55,816 nucleotides of DNA from the NCBI GenBank assembly GCA_964415065.1, contig CAYPYX010000005.1, positions 1 to 55,816 of the forward strand, read 5' to 3'. Below the pieces are notes generated by a model. That model searched no databases, was not told where the DNA came from, and was given only the letters and a program-made list of their open reading frames with translations. A program made the translations under genes and the position numbers. This document shows positions 28,624 through 37,326 of this stretch, one piece after another. Position 1 is the first letter of the stretch. Each line of letters begins with the position of its first letter. This DNA is from an uncultured Rhizobium sp. (GTDB lineage Bacteria > Bacteroidota > Bacteroidia > NS11-12g > UBA955).

Positions 28624-30219
28624 ATGAACTTCTCAAGCATTTTCAATCCCGAACAATTTGTTCAATCTGATAATATTGGCTCGAATGCGAGTTTTAATTC
28701 CTATAATGAATTAGGTATCCCCCAATTACTACCTTCAGCAAGTTCAGGTATTCAACATATTTATTCAGATAATACATCCACCTTCCAAAATTTTAGTCCC
28801 GTAGATGCTAAGCACCTAAATGATTTCAACGAAGTTGATTTCGCTGGATTCAATTCCATAATCCAAAAAGCAGAACAAGCATCAAAAATATGGAGAACTT
28901 GGCCTGCTCCTAAGCGCGGTGAAGTGGTTCGCCAAATTGGTAATCAATTGCGCATTCACAAACAAGCATTGGGTGAATTAGTGAGTTATGAAATGGGGAA
29001 AAGCTTACAAGAAGGATTGGGAGAAGTGCAAGAAATGATTGATATCTGCGACTTCGCAGTTGGCCTATCACGTCAATTACATGGATTAACCATGCACAGT
29101 GAAAGACCAGATCATAGAATGTATGAACAATGGCATCCATTAGGTATAGTGGGAATCATTTCGGCATTTAACTTTCCGGTTGCAGTATGGAGCTGGAATG
29201 CAATGATTGCTGCCGTATGTGGCAATGCTAGTGTTTGGAAACCTTCCGAAAAAACTCCTGCTACCGCGCAGGCAGTTCAAAATATACTCGCCCAAGTTAT
29301 CGTCGATAACCAATTACCCGAAGGCCTTTTTTGCATTATACAAGGCGGAAAAACCGTTGGAGAATGGCTTTGTAATGATGAAAAAGTAACCCTAATAAGT
29401 GCAACAGGAAGTATTCGTATGGGTAAAGAAGTAGCCCAAACTGTGGCACAACGTTTAGGTAAGACCTTGTTGGAATTAGGCGGAAACAATGCTATAATTA
29501 TTTCAGAAAATGCCAATTTGCAACTCGCCATTCGTGCAGTTGTATTCGGTGCTGTTGGTACTGCAGGACAACGTTGTACTTCCACTCGACGATTGATTAT
29601 TCATGAAAGTCGTTACGAAGAATTTAAAAACTTATTGATACAAGCCTACAAACAAATCAAAATTGGAAATCCGTTGGATTCTTCCTACCACGTGGGTCCT
29701 TTAATTGATAAACAAGCTGTTTCTGCATATACGAATGCAATTAAATCATTAGTAACAGAAGGTGGTAACATTTTATTTGGAAATGAAGTTCTAAGCGGTC
29801 CGGGTTACGAAAGTGGTTGTTATGTAGTTCCTACAATTTGTGAGGCTGAAAATCATTTCCATATTGTACAAGAAGAAACTTTTGCGCCTATTTTATACTT
29901 AATGAAATACAGCAACTTAGAAGAGGCGATTGACTTACAAAATGGGGTAAAACAAGGTCTTTCAAGTGCTATTTTCACTGATAGACTGCAAGAAGCAGAA
30001 CGTTTCTTATCTGCATCAGGATCAGATTGCGGAATTGCCAATGTGAATATCGGTACCTCAGGCGCTGAAATCGGGGGTGCCTTTGGGGGAGAAAAAGAAA
30101 CAGGAGGCGGCAGAGAATCTGGCTCTGACGCATGGAAAGCCTATATGCGCCGACAAACCAATACCATTAATTATGGTAGCAATTTACCCCTTGCTCAAGG
30201 TATTGAATTCAACTTTTAA
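28624..30219 (+). CDS. aldehyde dehydrogenase, ALDH7 / alpha-aminoadipic-semialdehyde (piperideine-6-carboxylate) dehydrogenase-like
   Basis: 531 aa. Catalytic blocks LELGGNNA and GTAGQRCTSTRR, plus WPAPKRGEVVRQIG, which is typical of the ALDH7 subfamily. Confidence 0.8.
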   Translation: MNFSSIFNPEQFVQSDNIGSNASFNSYNELGIPQLLPSASSGIQHIYSDNTSTFQNFSPVDAKHLNDFNEVDFAGFNSIIQKAEQASKIWRTWPAPKRGEVVRQIGNQLRIHKQALGELVSYEMGKSLQEGLGEVQEMIDICDFAVGLSRQLHGLTMHSERPDHRMYEQWHPLGIVGIISAFNFPVAVWSWNAMIAAVCGNASVWKPSEKTPATAQAVQNILAQVIVDNQLPEGLFCIIQGGKTVGEWLCNDEKVTLISATGSIRMGKEVAQTVAQRLGKTLLELGGNNAIIISENANLQLAIRAVVFGAVGTAGQRCTSTRRLIIHESRYEEFKNLLIQAYKQIKIGNPLDSSYHVGPLIDKQAVSAYTNAIKSLVTEGGNILFGNEVLSGPGYESGCYVVPTICEAENHFHIVQEETFAPILYLMKYSNLEEAIDLQNGVKQGLSSAIFTDRLQEAERFLSASGSDCGIANVNIGTSGAEIGGAFGGEKETGGGRESGSDAWKAYMRRQTNTINYGSNLPLAQGIEFNF

Positions 30220-30360
30220 AACTGATTGATTCAATTATAATCAATAGGTTAAAACCACCGCGTTTCTAGTTTAAAATTGCCAACAACAGAATTTATTCCT
30301 ATCAACTGATTACAGCCTAACGCTGTTTAAAATCGACCTTATCTTCAATTAGAGGAAAAC

Positions 30361-30478
30361 TTAAAACCGCTAACTAAAGGTATTAAAACCGCAACCTAGC
30401 GGTGTTATTTCCAATTTGCGTATAATTAAAATCGCTGACTAACGGCATTTTAAACCGCTACCTAGCGGTGTTATCTCC
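30361..30478. repeat. two tandem-ish copies of a ~52-bp unit, each built from two ~22-bp TTAAAAYCGC... sub-repeats and containing a palindrome
   Basis: 30361-30412 TTAAAACCGCTAACTAAAGGTATTAAAACCGCAACCTAGCGGTGTTATTTCC versus 30426-30478 TTAAAATCGCTGACTAACGGCATTTTAAACCGCTACCTAGCGGTGTTATCTCC. Palindrome ACCGCTA-CC-TAGCGGT at 30454-30469. A degenerate third copy lies at 30249-30299. Confidence 0.8.
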
Positions 30479-30494
30479 TATTGTCCTAAACCGT

Positions 30495-30576
30495 TTAAAA
30501 CTGTTGGCCAAAATACTAGCAGTCTACAGACATGCTGAATGGCATTTGGTCTGTACGGAGATTAAAACTGTTGGCC
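30495..30576. repeat. 15-bp direct repeat TTAAAACTGTTGGCC flanking a 52-nt hairpin-containing segment; the second copy is the bamA 3' end
   Basis: Identical 15-mers at 30495-30509 and 30562-30576. The latter encodes ...GQQF-stop of bamA on the minus strand. Hairpin TACAGAC / GTCTGTA at 30525-30555. Confidence 0.8.
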
Positions 30577-33126
30577 GATAAAGAAGTGAATTTGAGTTGG
30601 TTTGCCACTCTTTGGAACATCCAAATAATCAAAGCCATACGCAAAATCCAAACCTATTAGACCGAACATCGGCATGAACAAGCGAATACCTACCCCGGTT
30701 GCTCTTTTTAATTGAAAAGGATTGTATTTATTGATACTCGACCATGCATCTCCTGCTTCAAGAAATGCCAATGCATAAATGGTTGCCGTTTGATTTGTAG
30801 TAATAGCTTGACGCAATTCTAAAGTGAACTTATTAAAAATAGGGGCACCAGCAGACCCACTCATAGCAGTTTGAGATACGGTATAATTGTCGTAACCTCT
30901 CTGAGATATAATTTCTGTTGCTGCAATATTAAATCCAAATATTCCTGCACCACCAACTTGGAAACGCTCGAAGAATGTTGTACCTAATTTTGGATTATAA
31001 TATCCCAAGAAACCAAAACGAGCTTTAGCCGTAAGAACCAACTTTTTATACACTGGGGTGTACCATTCTGCGTCCAATTTGAATTTATAAAACTCAGCCC
31101 AACGGTATTTCTCCGTTAAACTCATGGTAGAATAATCTCTGTTATTCAGCAAGGAGAAGGGTGGAGTTGCCTGCAATGAAGTCATGAATTTAGATCCCGA
31201 AGTAGGATAAATTGGATCTGAAATCGAACTACGAGCTAATACTACCTGTGCTGAAGGGTTATAACTTATGCCTTGGAATCCTTTTGGAAAACCATAAAAA
31301 CCACCGTCCATATTCTGCATTCTATACTGTTGAAAACTCAACGTGTATTGAATATTAAAGAAATCGTCGGGCCAATTTAATCGTTTACCTATACTTAAAT
31401 TAACTCCCGTATTTCTGAATATTTGCTTCAAAGGATCGTTTCTTTGGCGGAAATCAAAGCTGTTTACCGTATGGAATAAACTGATTGAAAACGAGGTGGG
31501 CTTAAATCCACCCAGCCAAGGCTCTGTGAAGGAAGCAGTGTAACCCTGATAGTTGGTTCCATTACTTTGAGCTCGAAGTGACAATTTCTGGCCATCTCCA
31601 GTTGGTACTGGATTCCATAACTTAGGATGCAACAATTTCCGTGCGCTAAAGTTATTCAATACAACCCCAGCAGTTCCAATTAATGTAGGTGTTCTGCTAA
31701 AACCATTACCACCCCATCCTCCAGATAATTCTATTTGATCCGATGGTTTTTCTACTAATTTATACTTAATATCTACCGTTCCATCCGCGGGATTGGGCTT
31801 AGGATCCACACCCAACTGTTCTGGATCAAAAAGACCCAATGCAGCCAAATCGCGCATGGTTCTTTGAATATCACTTCGCGAAAATGTATTGCCCGGTTTT
31901 GTTCTTAATTCTCTCAATATTACTCGATCCGAAGTTTTGCTATTTCCCTCCCAATATACTCGACCTATTGTTGCCTGAGGACCTTCTGCAATTCGTATCT
32001 CCAAATCAATGCTGTCTTCAAAAACTCCCACCTCTACTGGTGTCATATTAAAAAACAGATATCCAGCATCCATGTATAAAGTTTGGATATCAAATCCTCC
32101 AGGATTGCTAAATAAACGCTCATCTAACAGAGTTTGATTGAATACATCACCCCTTTTAATATTTAATAATGTATCTAACAAACTTGTGGGATACTTAAGA
32201 TTCCCTTTCCATTTGATTGACCGATAACGATATTGATTGCCTTCCACCAAGTTCAAATGAACAATGATTCGGTCTTCATTAAACATAGAAACACTGTCAG
32301 AAATCACTCGCGCATCACGATATCCTAAACTTTGATATTTCTTGATCACATTGGCTTTTTCTTCCTCAAATTTGGTTTCTGTATACTTTGAGCTAGCAAA
32401 TATATTCCACTTCAGTTTAGTTCGCTTAATTCCTTTTATTGCTTTCCGTAGTTCAGCATCCGCCACTTGATTGTTTCCATTAAACTCAAAATCAAATACT
32501 TTGACTTTGGGACCTTTTTCAATAACAAAATCAAAGTTTTGATAACCCAACATGGGTTTACCCGTTTTGTCTTTGGCTTCGGGTCTACGCACAGATACTT
32601 TTATGTTGTAATATCCTTTCTCCTGATAATAGTTTTCAATTTTTGCAATACTCCGATTGATTAAGTTTGGAGTAATGTACATCCCTTTCTTCAAACCACA
32701 TTCTTCCTTCAACGATTTCGCTTGTGAGTTGGACACGTTTAAAAAACGGTGACCATTCAATCGTGGTTGTTCCTTAACTAGGAATTGAACTACCACTTCA
32801 TTTTCATTACCTGTAGGTAAAAAGAATACCTGTACTTCCGAAAAATACTGTCTGCCCCAAATATTTTCTAATGCTTTGGGGATATCTGTTCCAGGGACTT
32901 TAATTTCCTGTCCTATGGATAATCCAGAATACAAAACAACCAGTGCTTTTTGTACCGGTTTTCCGTTAACTTCTCGAACATCTATATTTTTAATTTTGTA
33001 AGTCGCGGGATCTACAAAATCATAATTTATCATGGGAGCTTTTATGTAAGTACTATCCGTAATTTGCCCAAACAAATTAAACGATAATAAAACATATAGA
33101 CTCAGTAACCAACTCTTTTTTAACAT
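30562..33126 (-). CDS. bamA: outer-membrane protein assembly factor BamA (Omp85)
   Basis: 854 aa. Signal peptide, POTRA-rich N-terminal half, barrel with RGY loop motif, and terminal FFIGQQF. Lies directly downstream of uppS (1-nt gap), the conserved arrangement. Confidence 0.9.
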   Translation of the reverse strand: MLKKSWLLSLYVLLSFNLFGQITDSTYIKAPMINYDFVDPATYKIKNIDVREVNGKPVQKALVVLYSGLSIGQEIKVPGTDIPKALENIWGRQYFSEVQVFFLPTGNENEVVVQFLVKEQPRLNGHRFLNVSNSQAKSLKEECGLKKGMYITPNLINRSIAKIENYYQEKGYYNIKVSVRRPEAKDKTGKPMLGYQNFDFVIEKGPKVKVFDFEFNGNNQVADAELRKAIKGIKRTKLKWNIFASSKYTETKFEEEKANVIKKYQSLGYRDARVISDSVSMFNEDRIIVHLNLVEGNQYRYRSIKWKGNLKYPTSLLDTLLNIKRGDVFNQTLLDERLFSNPGGFDIQTLYMDAGYLFFNMTPVEVGVFEDSIDLEIRIAEGPQATIGRVYWEGNSKTSDRVILRELRTKPGNTFSRSDIQRTMRDLAALGLFDPEQLGVDPKPNPADGTVDIKYKLVEKPSDQIELSGGWGGNGFSRTPTLIGTAGVVLNNFSARKLLHPKLWNPVPTGDGQKLSLRAQSNGTNYQGYTASFTEPWLGGFKPTSFSISLFHTVNSFDFRQRNDPLKQIFRNTGVNLSIGKRLNWPDDFFNIQYTLSFQQYRMQNMDGGFYGFPKGFQGISYNPSAQVVLARSSISDPIYPTSGSKFMTSLQATPPFSLLNNRDYSTMSLTEKYRWAEFYKFKLDAEWYTPVYKKLVLTAKARFGFLGYYNPKLGTTFFERFQVGGAGIFGFNIAATEIISQRGYDNYTVSQTAMSGSAGAPIFNKFTLELRQAITTNQTATIYALAFLEAGDAWSSINKYNPFQLKRATGVGIRLFMPMFGLIGLDFAYGFDYLDVPKSGKPTQIHFFIGQQF

Positions 33127-33127
33127 G

Positions 33128-33901
33128 TTATTTTTTTCCTTCTCCTAATTGTTCGGAAGTTTTTCCAAATCTACGTTCCCTTGACTGATAGTCCAAAATT
33201 GCTTCGACGAAATGCTGTTTTGTAAAGTCGGGCCACAAAACCGGTGTGAAATACAGCTCGGAATAAGCAATTTCCCACAATAAAAAATTACTAATTCGAT
33301 GTTCACCACTCGTTCTAATGAGCAAATCTGGATCTGGATATTCTGATGTTCTTAACGCACCTGAAATTGTTCTCTCATTTATTTCTGATGGTGAAATATG
33401 CCCCTTCTGTGCATTTTCCGCTATTTTCTGAACAGCTTGGATCATATCCCAACGAGAACTATAACTCAATGCCAATATCAATGTAGTTCCTGTATTATTG
33501 GCAGTAGCATCTTCGGTGTGTTGCAATTTCGCACGTGCATTCTTAGGTAATTGCTCAATGTTTCCCAATGTTTTTAATCGAACATTGTTTTTCATCAATT
33601 CAGGCAGTTCTTTTTCCACTGTATCCACCAATAATTGCATAAGAGCATTCACTTCTAATGCGGGTCGATTCCAATTTTCCGTTGAAAATGCATACATTGT
33701 CAGGAACTTCACCCCAAGTTCCGAAGCTATTTCCAAACACGTTCTTACTGCACTTACTCCTTGTTTATGGCCAAAAATTCGCAAATGACCCAATTTTTTT
33801 GCCCAACGACCGTTTCCGTCCATAATAACGGCAACGTGCTGGGGAATTCGGTCAGGATTAATCTGTGGATATGATGAATTAACTGATTTCAAAGGTTTCA
33901 A
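33128..33901 (-). CDS. uppS: di-trans,poly-cis-undecaprenyl-diphosphate synthase
   Basis: 257 aa with HVAVIMDGNGRWA, FSTENWNRP and RTSGEHRISNFLLWE signature blocks. Confidence 0.95.
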   Translation of the reverse strand: MKPLKSVNSSYPQINPDRIPQHVAVIMDGNGRWAKKLGHLRIFGHKQGVSAVRTCLEIASELGVKFLTMYAFSTENWNRPALEVNALMQLLVDTVEKELPELMKNNVRLKTLGNIEQLPKNARAKLQHTEDATANNTGTTLILALSYSSRWDMIQAVQKIAENAQKGHISPSEINERTISGALRTSEYPDPDLLIRTSGEHRISNFLLWEIAYSELYFTPVLWPDFTKQHFVEAILDYQSRERRFGKTSEQLGEGKK

Positions 33902-33919
33902 TTTTTGATTAAGTAGAAA

Positions 33920-34771
33920 TTATCTGCAAATAAAAGGTGTAAAGCGATAAGAAAGATTAAAACCATAGAAATAATACCAATCTTTTAAATGCGTATCTCC
34001 TCGAAATGTTCCTTTATATAACGGAGCACCTCCATTTAATAGTTGTGCCTGACTGTATTGCGCCGAACCTTGACCTTGATTATCTCGAATGGCTACATAA
34101 TCCGGATACACATCATCAACATCATCCAAATTATCGGTGAAGGTCTTGCGCCAAACAGCCTCTACACCAAAAATCCAAGCTCCTTTATGTTTACGATGCG
34201 AGCTTCGAACCTTATACCCTAATCCTAGTGGAACTGACATTTGCAAACGACTATAATTCCGTTTACGCATTTCAGTATTGATATTGCGAAGGTGTACGTC
34301 TTCGTTATCCAAACGAGTAGGATCGAACATAAATGCTGATAAACCAATTAAAGCATACGGGGTTTGATTCCGATTGTTGATGTTGGTTCCGAAACTATGA
34401 AAATCGAAATTGAGCATGGAAGAATACTCATAAATATCAGTTTGGAAATTCAAGTTTTGAAACTCGTAACCTTTTGAACCTTCAGTGGTTCCAGAAATGG
34501 TCATATAGGTAAGCTGATTTCTCCATGAGAAATAACTATTCATATTATACTTTTGATAAATTCCACCAGCAGGATGAAAATGTTTGATGTTTTGACCTTG
34601 AGCTAAATCACCGTAATAATTACTCACACCAACCACTAGCCCAAATTCATTTCTACCTGAAAAGTATTTTTGAGAAAATAAAGCGACAGGGCTCGATAAA
34701 ATCAAGCCAAAGAACAAAAGTTGATTAACTAATAAACGTCTGTTAAAACTGAAAACAGGTTGTTTTTCCAC
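33920..34771 (-). CDS. outer-membrane beta-barrel protein (DUF6089-like)
   Basis: 283 aa. Signal peptide LLFFGLILSSPVALFSQ, alternating-strand pattern and KDWYYFYGFNLSYRF near the C-terminus. Paralogous to the upstream gene. The DUF name is from memory of uppS-bamA neighbourhoods. Confidence 0.5.
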   Translation of the reverse strand: MEKQPVFSFNRRLLVNQLLFFGLILSSPVALFSQKYFSGRNEFGLVVGVSNYYGDLAQGQNIKHFHPAGGIYQKYNMNSYFSWRNQLTYMTISGTTEGSKGYEFQNLNFQTDIYEYSSMLNFDFHSFGTNINNRNQTPYALIGLSAFMFDPTRLDNEDVHLRNINTEMRKRNYSRLQMSVPLGLGYKVRSSHRKHKGAWIFGVEAVWRKTFTDNLDDVDDVYPDYVAIRDNQGQGSAQYSQAQLLNGGAPLYKGTFRGDTHLKDWYYFYGFNLSYRFTPFICR

Positions 34772-35687
34772 CCGTAATTTTTCTGGTCAATGTAAAATTC
34801 AAAAATAAATACCAATCCTTGGTTGCTTCATTTCCACGCGCAGCACCCAAACGCTCTTCGTTTCCATAATCATTCACCAAACTAGGGTCACGCAATTCTG
34901 GAGTTCTGTCTGCAAGTGCAGCACTTAAACCTGTGTTACTACCACCGGTAATTTGTGGGTCAACATAAGTCATACTCACATCATCTAAATAATCTGTGAA
35001 TGTTTTACGAACACCTAACTCCAAACCCCAAGCCCAAACTTCACTGAACTGCTTTTTGTATCCCACACCTATGGGAATACTTACTTGAGTTAAAGAATAT
35101 CTGCGTCGTTCGTTGTACTTAGTTGTTTCTTGTCCTTCTGTAGCCATAGGTTGCAATTCAATCCATTTTCCATCATACACAGATAAATCAGCACCGTTAT
35201 AATTGGAAGGCGTATGAACATCAGGCAAATAATTAAACTGAGTTTTAGGATTGAATTTAAATACACCAATACCGGCGAACAAGAAAGGAGTTCCAGGATT
35301 GGAACGTTGTGTTTCTTCAAAACCCAATAAGTTCCATTCAACCGTACCACTGAATTCTAATATATTGGAAGTAAAATTCAAATTACGCTTGTAACGCTCA
35401 GCGATATCTGAGTAATTCTTATCGTCGCCACTGATCTGACCAAATACAGCATTTCCACGCAAAGTGATAAAATCATCATAATTAAAGCGACAAATAATTC
35501 CGCCCATGGGTTTGGTTTCATTCCATGCTACCAAAGGAGTTAAATCTCCCATATAATTAGCACCTCCCAAGGTCATTCCCACTTCAATGGGTTTTCCACG
35601 AAAACGCTTCATCTGTGCGTTTGCAGGCAAGGCAACAACCAACAAAGTTGCACCCAAGGCAAGGACTCTTAAATGTTTAGAAATCAT
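34743..35687 (-). CDS. outer-membrane beta-barrel protein (DUF6089-like), paralogue
   Basis: I set the start at ATG 35687 (MISKHLRVLALGATLLVVALPANAQ signal peptide) because a TAAATTTG box lies 9 nt upstream. Shared blocks with the downstream paralogue: RKTFTDYLDDVS and TKDWYLFLNFTLTRK. Confidence 0.5.
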   Translation of the reverse strand: MISKHLRVLALGATLLVVALPANAQMKRFRGKPIEVGMTLGGANYMGDLTPLVAWNETKPMGGIICRFNYDDFITLRGNAVFGQISGDDKNYSDIAERYKRNLNFTSNILEFSGTVEWNLLGFEETQRSNPGTPFLFAGIGVFKFNPKTQFNYLPDVHTPSNYNGADLSVYDGKWIELQPMATEGQETTKYNERRRYSLTQVSIPIGVGYKKQFSEVWAWGLELGVRKTFTDYLDDVSMTYVDPQITGGSNTGLSAALADRTPELRDPSLVNDYGNEERLGAARGNEATKDWYLFLNFTLTRKITGGKTTCFQF

Positions 35688-35696
35688 GGTAAATAG

Positions 35697-35704
35697 CAAA
35701 TTTA
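35697..35704 (-). promoter_or_regulatory. putative -7 box TAAATTTG (minus strand)
   Basis: The reverse complement of CAAATTTA is an exact TAnnTTTG. It lies inside the ORF-track 5' extension (to 35810). Confidence 0.5.
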
Positions 35705-35893
35705 ACGTATTAGACGCTATTTTCATAAAAACGCACCTACAAAAATTCGCTTTTGTTCGGCTTTCGTGTTGGGTCATATCAACAATACGGACATACTGAG
35801 ATTTTAACACGAGTAAAATCGCTTAAAAACCCTTGGAATAATCGCATCTTATTACTGCTTTTTTTTCACTTCTATAGTGAAAAACACTCGGTT

Positions 35894-36688
35894 CTACTTT
35901 GCTTTTACAACATAATACATTCCCATGGTTATAAAGTTTCTGAACCACGGTATTCGAGTTAACCAACCCCATTGCAATCGGGGCTTTATTCCAAATTTGA
36001 ATTCGTATATAGGATTAAACAAATAAAATCGTCTATTTACGATAGAATATTTTGAATCCTTACAAATACGCTCAAAACGTTCAATACTAATTCCGGTGGA
36101 TCGTATTTCTTCCATGGTATTAATGCCACTGTCATTTACTCCCAAAGCTCTTAACATGGCGGGGTACATTTTACCGGGCAATAAATGATAATAAGGCAAT
36201 TTAGAAGCCCATTTCTTAGGTAAAACCTGCTGATGTCCGCCGTAAGGCATCATCCAGGGTGGAAATGCAAAAAACACCACTCCTCCCTCGTTCAAGAATC
36301 GATGCAATTGGGGCATGAATTTTTCTTGATTGGGGATATGCTCAATTACATCTTTTAGTATTATGATATCGTATTTTGAACCCAAGTCTTTCTCGGGATC
36401 TACCAAGTAAATATCTCGGTTCAAAAAATCAATCTTACCTTGAGCCAATTCCTCTTTCATGAACTCTCGTGCGAATTCCAATCGCCATTCTTCCAATTCA
36501 ATTCCCGTGCAAGAATAGCCCAATTCTGTAAAGGCCTTTAAGACACCCGCTTCGCCGCATCCAATCTCCAGAACGCGCATCCCCGGAAAAAATGAAAAAT
36601 GTGATTGAATATACGGTAGAATATGATTCTTGGTTACCGTATAAGTCATATCGAAATAACGACGCTTATCTCCGTGAAATTCGTACAT
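35894..36688 (-). CDS. class I SAM-dependent methyltransferase
   Basis: 264 aa with motif I VLEIGCGEAG, and IILKDVIEH and GGVVFF post-motifs. Confidence 0.75.
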   Translation of the reverse strand: MYEFHGDKRRYFDMTYTVTKNHILPYIQSHFSFFPGMRVLEIGCGEAGVLKAFTELGYSCTGIELEEWRLEFAREFMKEELAQGKIDFLNRDIYLVDPEKDLGSKYDIIILKDVIEHIPNQEKFMPQLHRFLNEGGVVFFAFPPWMMPYGGHQQVLPKKWASKLPYYHLLPGKMYPAMLRALGVNDSGINTMEEIRSTGISIERFERICKDSKYSIVNRRFYLFNPIYEFKFGIKPRLQWGWLTRIPWFRNFITMGMYYVVKAK

Positions 36689-36702
36689 GTTTTAGGATTT
36701 AT

Positions 36703-37221
36703 TTAAGGCTTAGGAAGAACCTCTCCGCACTGCTTGCAGGTTCTCATTTCCTCAGAAGCGTAAAATGCGTCAAAGTGTGAAATAAAATCCGTTTCTATAT
36801 TCTTTAATTCAAAATACACTTCATGTAATTTGTTGTTGCACTTTTCGCAAAACCACAATAATCCATCTTTGTACCCTTTTCCTTCGCGAATGCGCTCCAC
36901 AACTAAACCAATACTGCCCGCAGTTCTAGCTGGTGAATGGGGAATTCCTCCAGGCAACAAAAACATATCTCCTGCTTTTAGTTGAACATCACGACGCACC
37001 CCATCTTCTTGAATACGAACCGTAATTTCACCTTCCAATTGATAAAATAACTCTTCCGTTTCGTTGTAATGATAATCTCTTCGTCCATTAGGTCCGGCAA
37101 CTACCATTACTATGTAATCACTGCCCTCAGGATACAAATTTTTATTGGCAACAGGTGGCTTCAACAAATGGCGGTTTTCATCAATCCATTTTTGCAAATT
37201 GAAAGGGGCTCTTACTGGCAT
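36703..37221 (-). CDS. nbaC: 3-hydroxyanthranilate 3,4-dioxygenase
   Basis: 172 aa cupin. N-terminal FNLQKWIDENRHLLKPPV, metal-site region YHYNETEELFYQ...GGIPHSP, and a C-terminal CxxC...CxxC (CEKC...CKQC) rubredoxin-like site as in bacterial HAO. Confidence 0.88.
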   Translation of the reverse strand: MPVRAPFNLQKWIDENRHLLKPPVANKNLYPEGSDYIVMVVAGPNGRRDYHYNETEELFYQLEGEITVRIQEDGVRRDVQLKAGDMFLLPGGIPHSPARTAGSIGLVVERIREGKGYKDGLLWFCEKCNNKLHEVYFELKNIETDFISHFDAFYASEEMRTCKQCGEVLPKP

Positions 37222-37249
37222 GACTTTTACAAATTAGTGGCTACAACCA

Positions 37250-37257
37250 CAAATGTA
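37250..37257 (-). promoter_or_regulatory. putative -7 box TACATTTG (minus strand) for the nbaC-methyltransferase pair
   Basis: Reverse complement of CAAATGTA, 28 nt upstream of ATG 37221. Confidence 0.45.
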
Positions 37258-37308
37258 CAATAAATAAGTAAAAATCATTTTTAACAAGGCAATTTGAAGG
37301 GTAATGCG

Positions 37309-37316
37309 TAAATTTG
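37309..37316 (+). promoter_or_regulatory. putative -7 box TAAATTTG
   Basis: Exact TAnnTTTG 10 nt upstream of the purF ATG at 37327. Confidence 0.5.
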
Positions 37317-37326
37317 CACTTCCAAC

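Noticed and set aside
30249-30478. Repeat patch considered as a small CRISPR array.
   Set aside because: The units are 22/52 bp and directly abut or are separated by irregular 13-61 bp segments. The repeats are only about 80% identical, and there are no cas genes or leader. This does not fit CRISPR architecture.
35866-35888. AT-rich inverted repeat TTTTTCACT-N5-AGTGAAAAA downstream of the methyltransferase stop, considered as a terminator.
   Set aside because: The stem is almost entirely A/T. On the relevant minus strand it is followed by an A-run rather than a U-tract, so this is weak evidence.
24691-37221. A tempting 'kynurenine theme' linking the MbnP-like protein (kynurenine-derived Cu ligand) with 3-hydroxyanthranilate dioxygenase (kynurenine pathway).
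   Set aside because: The genes are 11 kb apart with many unrelated housekeeping genes between them. The chemistry is also unrelated: one is a protein-bound Trp oxidation, the other free-metabolite catabolism. This is coincidence until shown otherwise.
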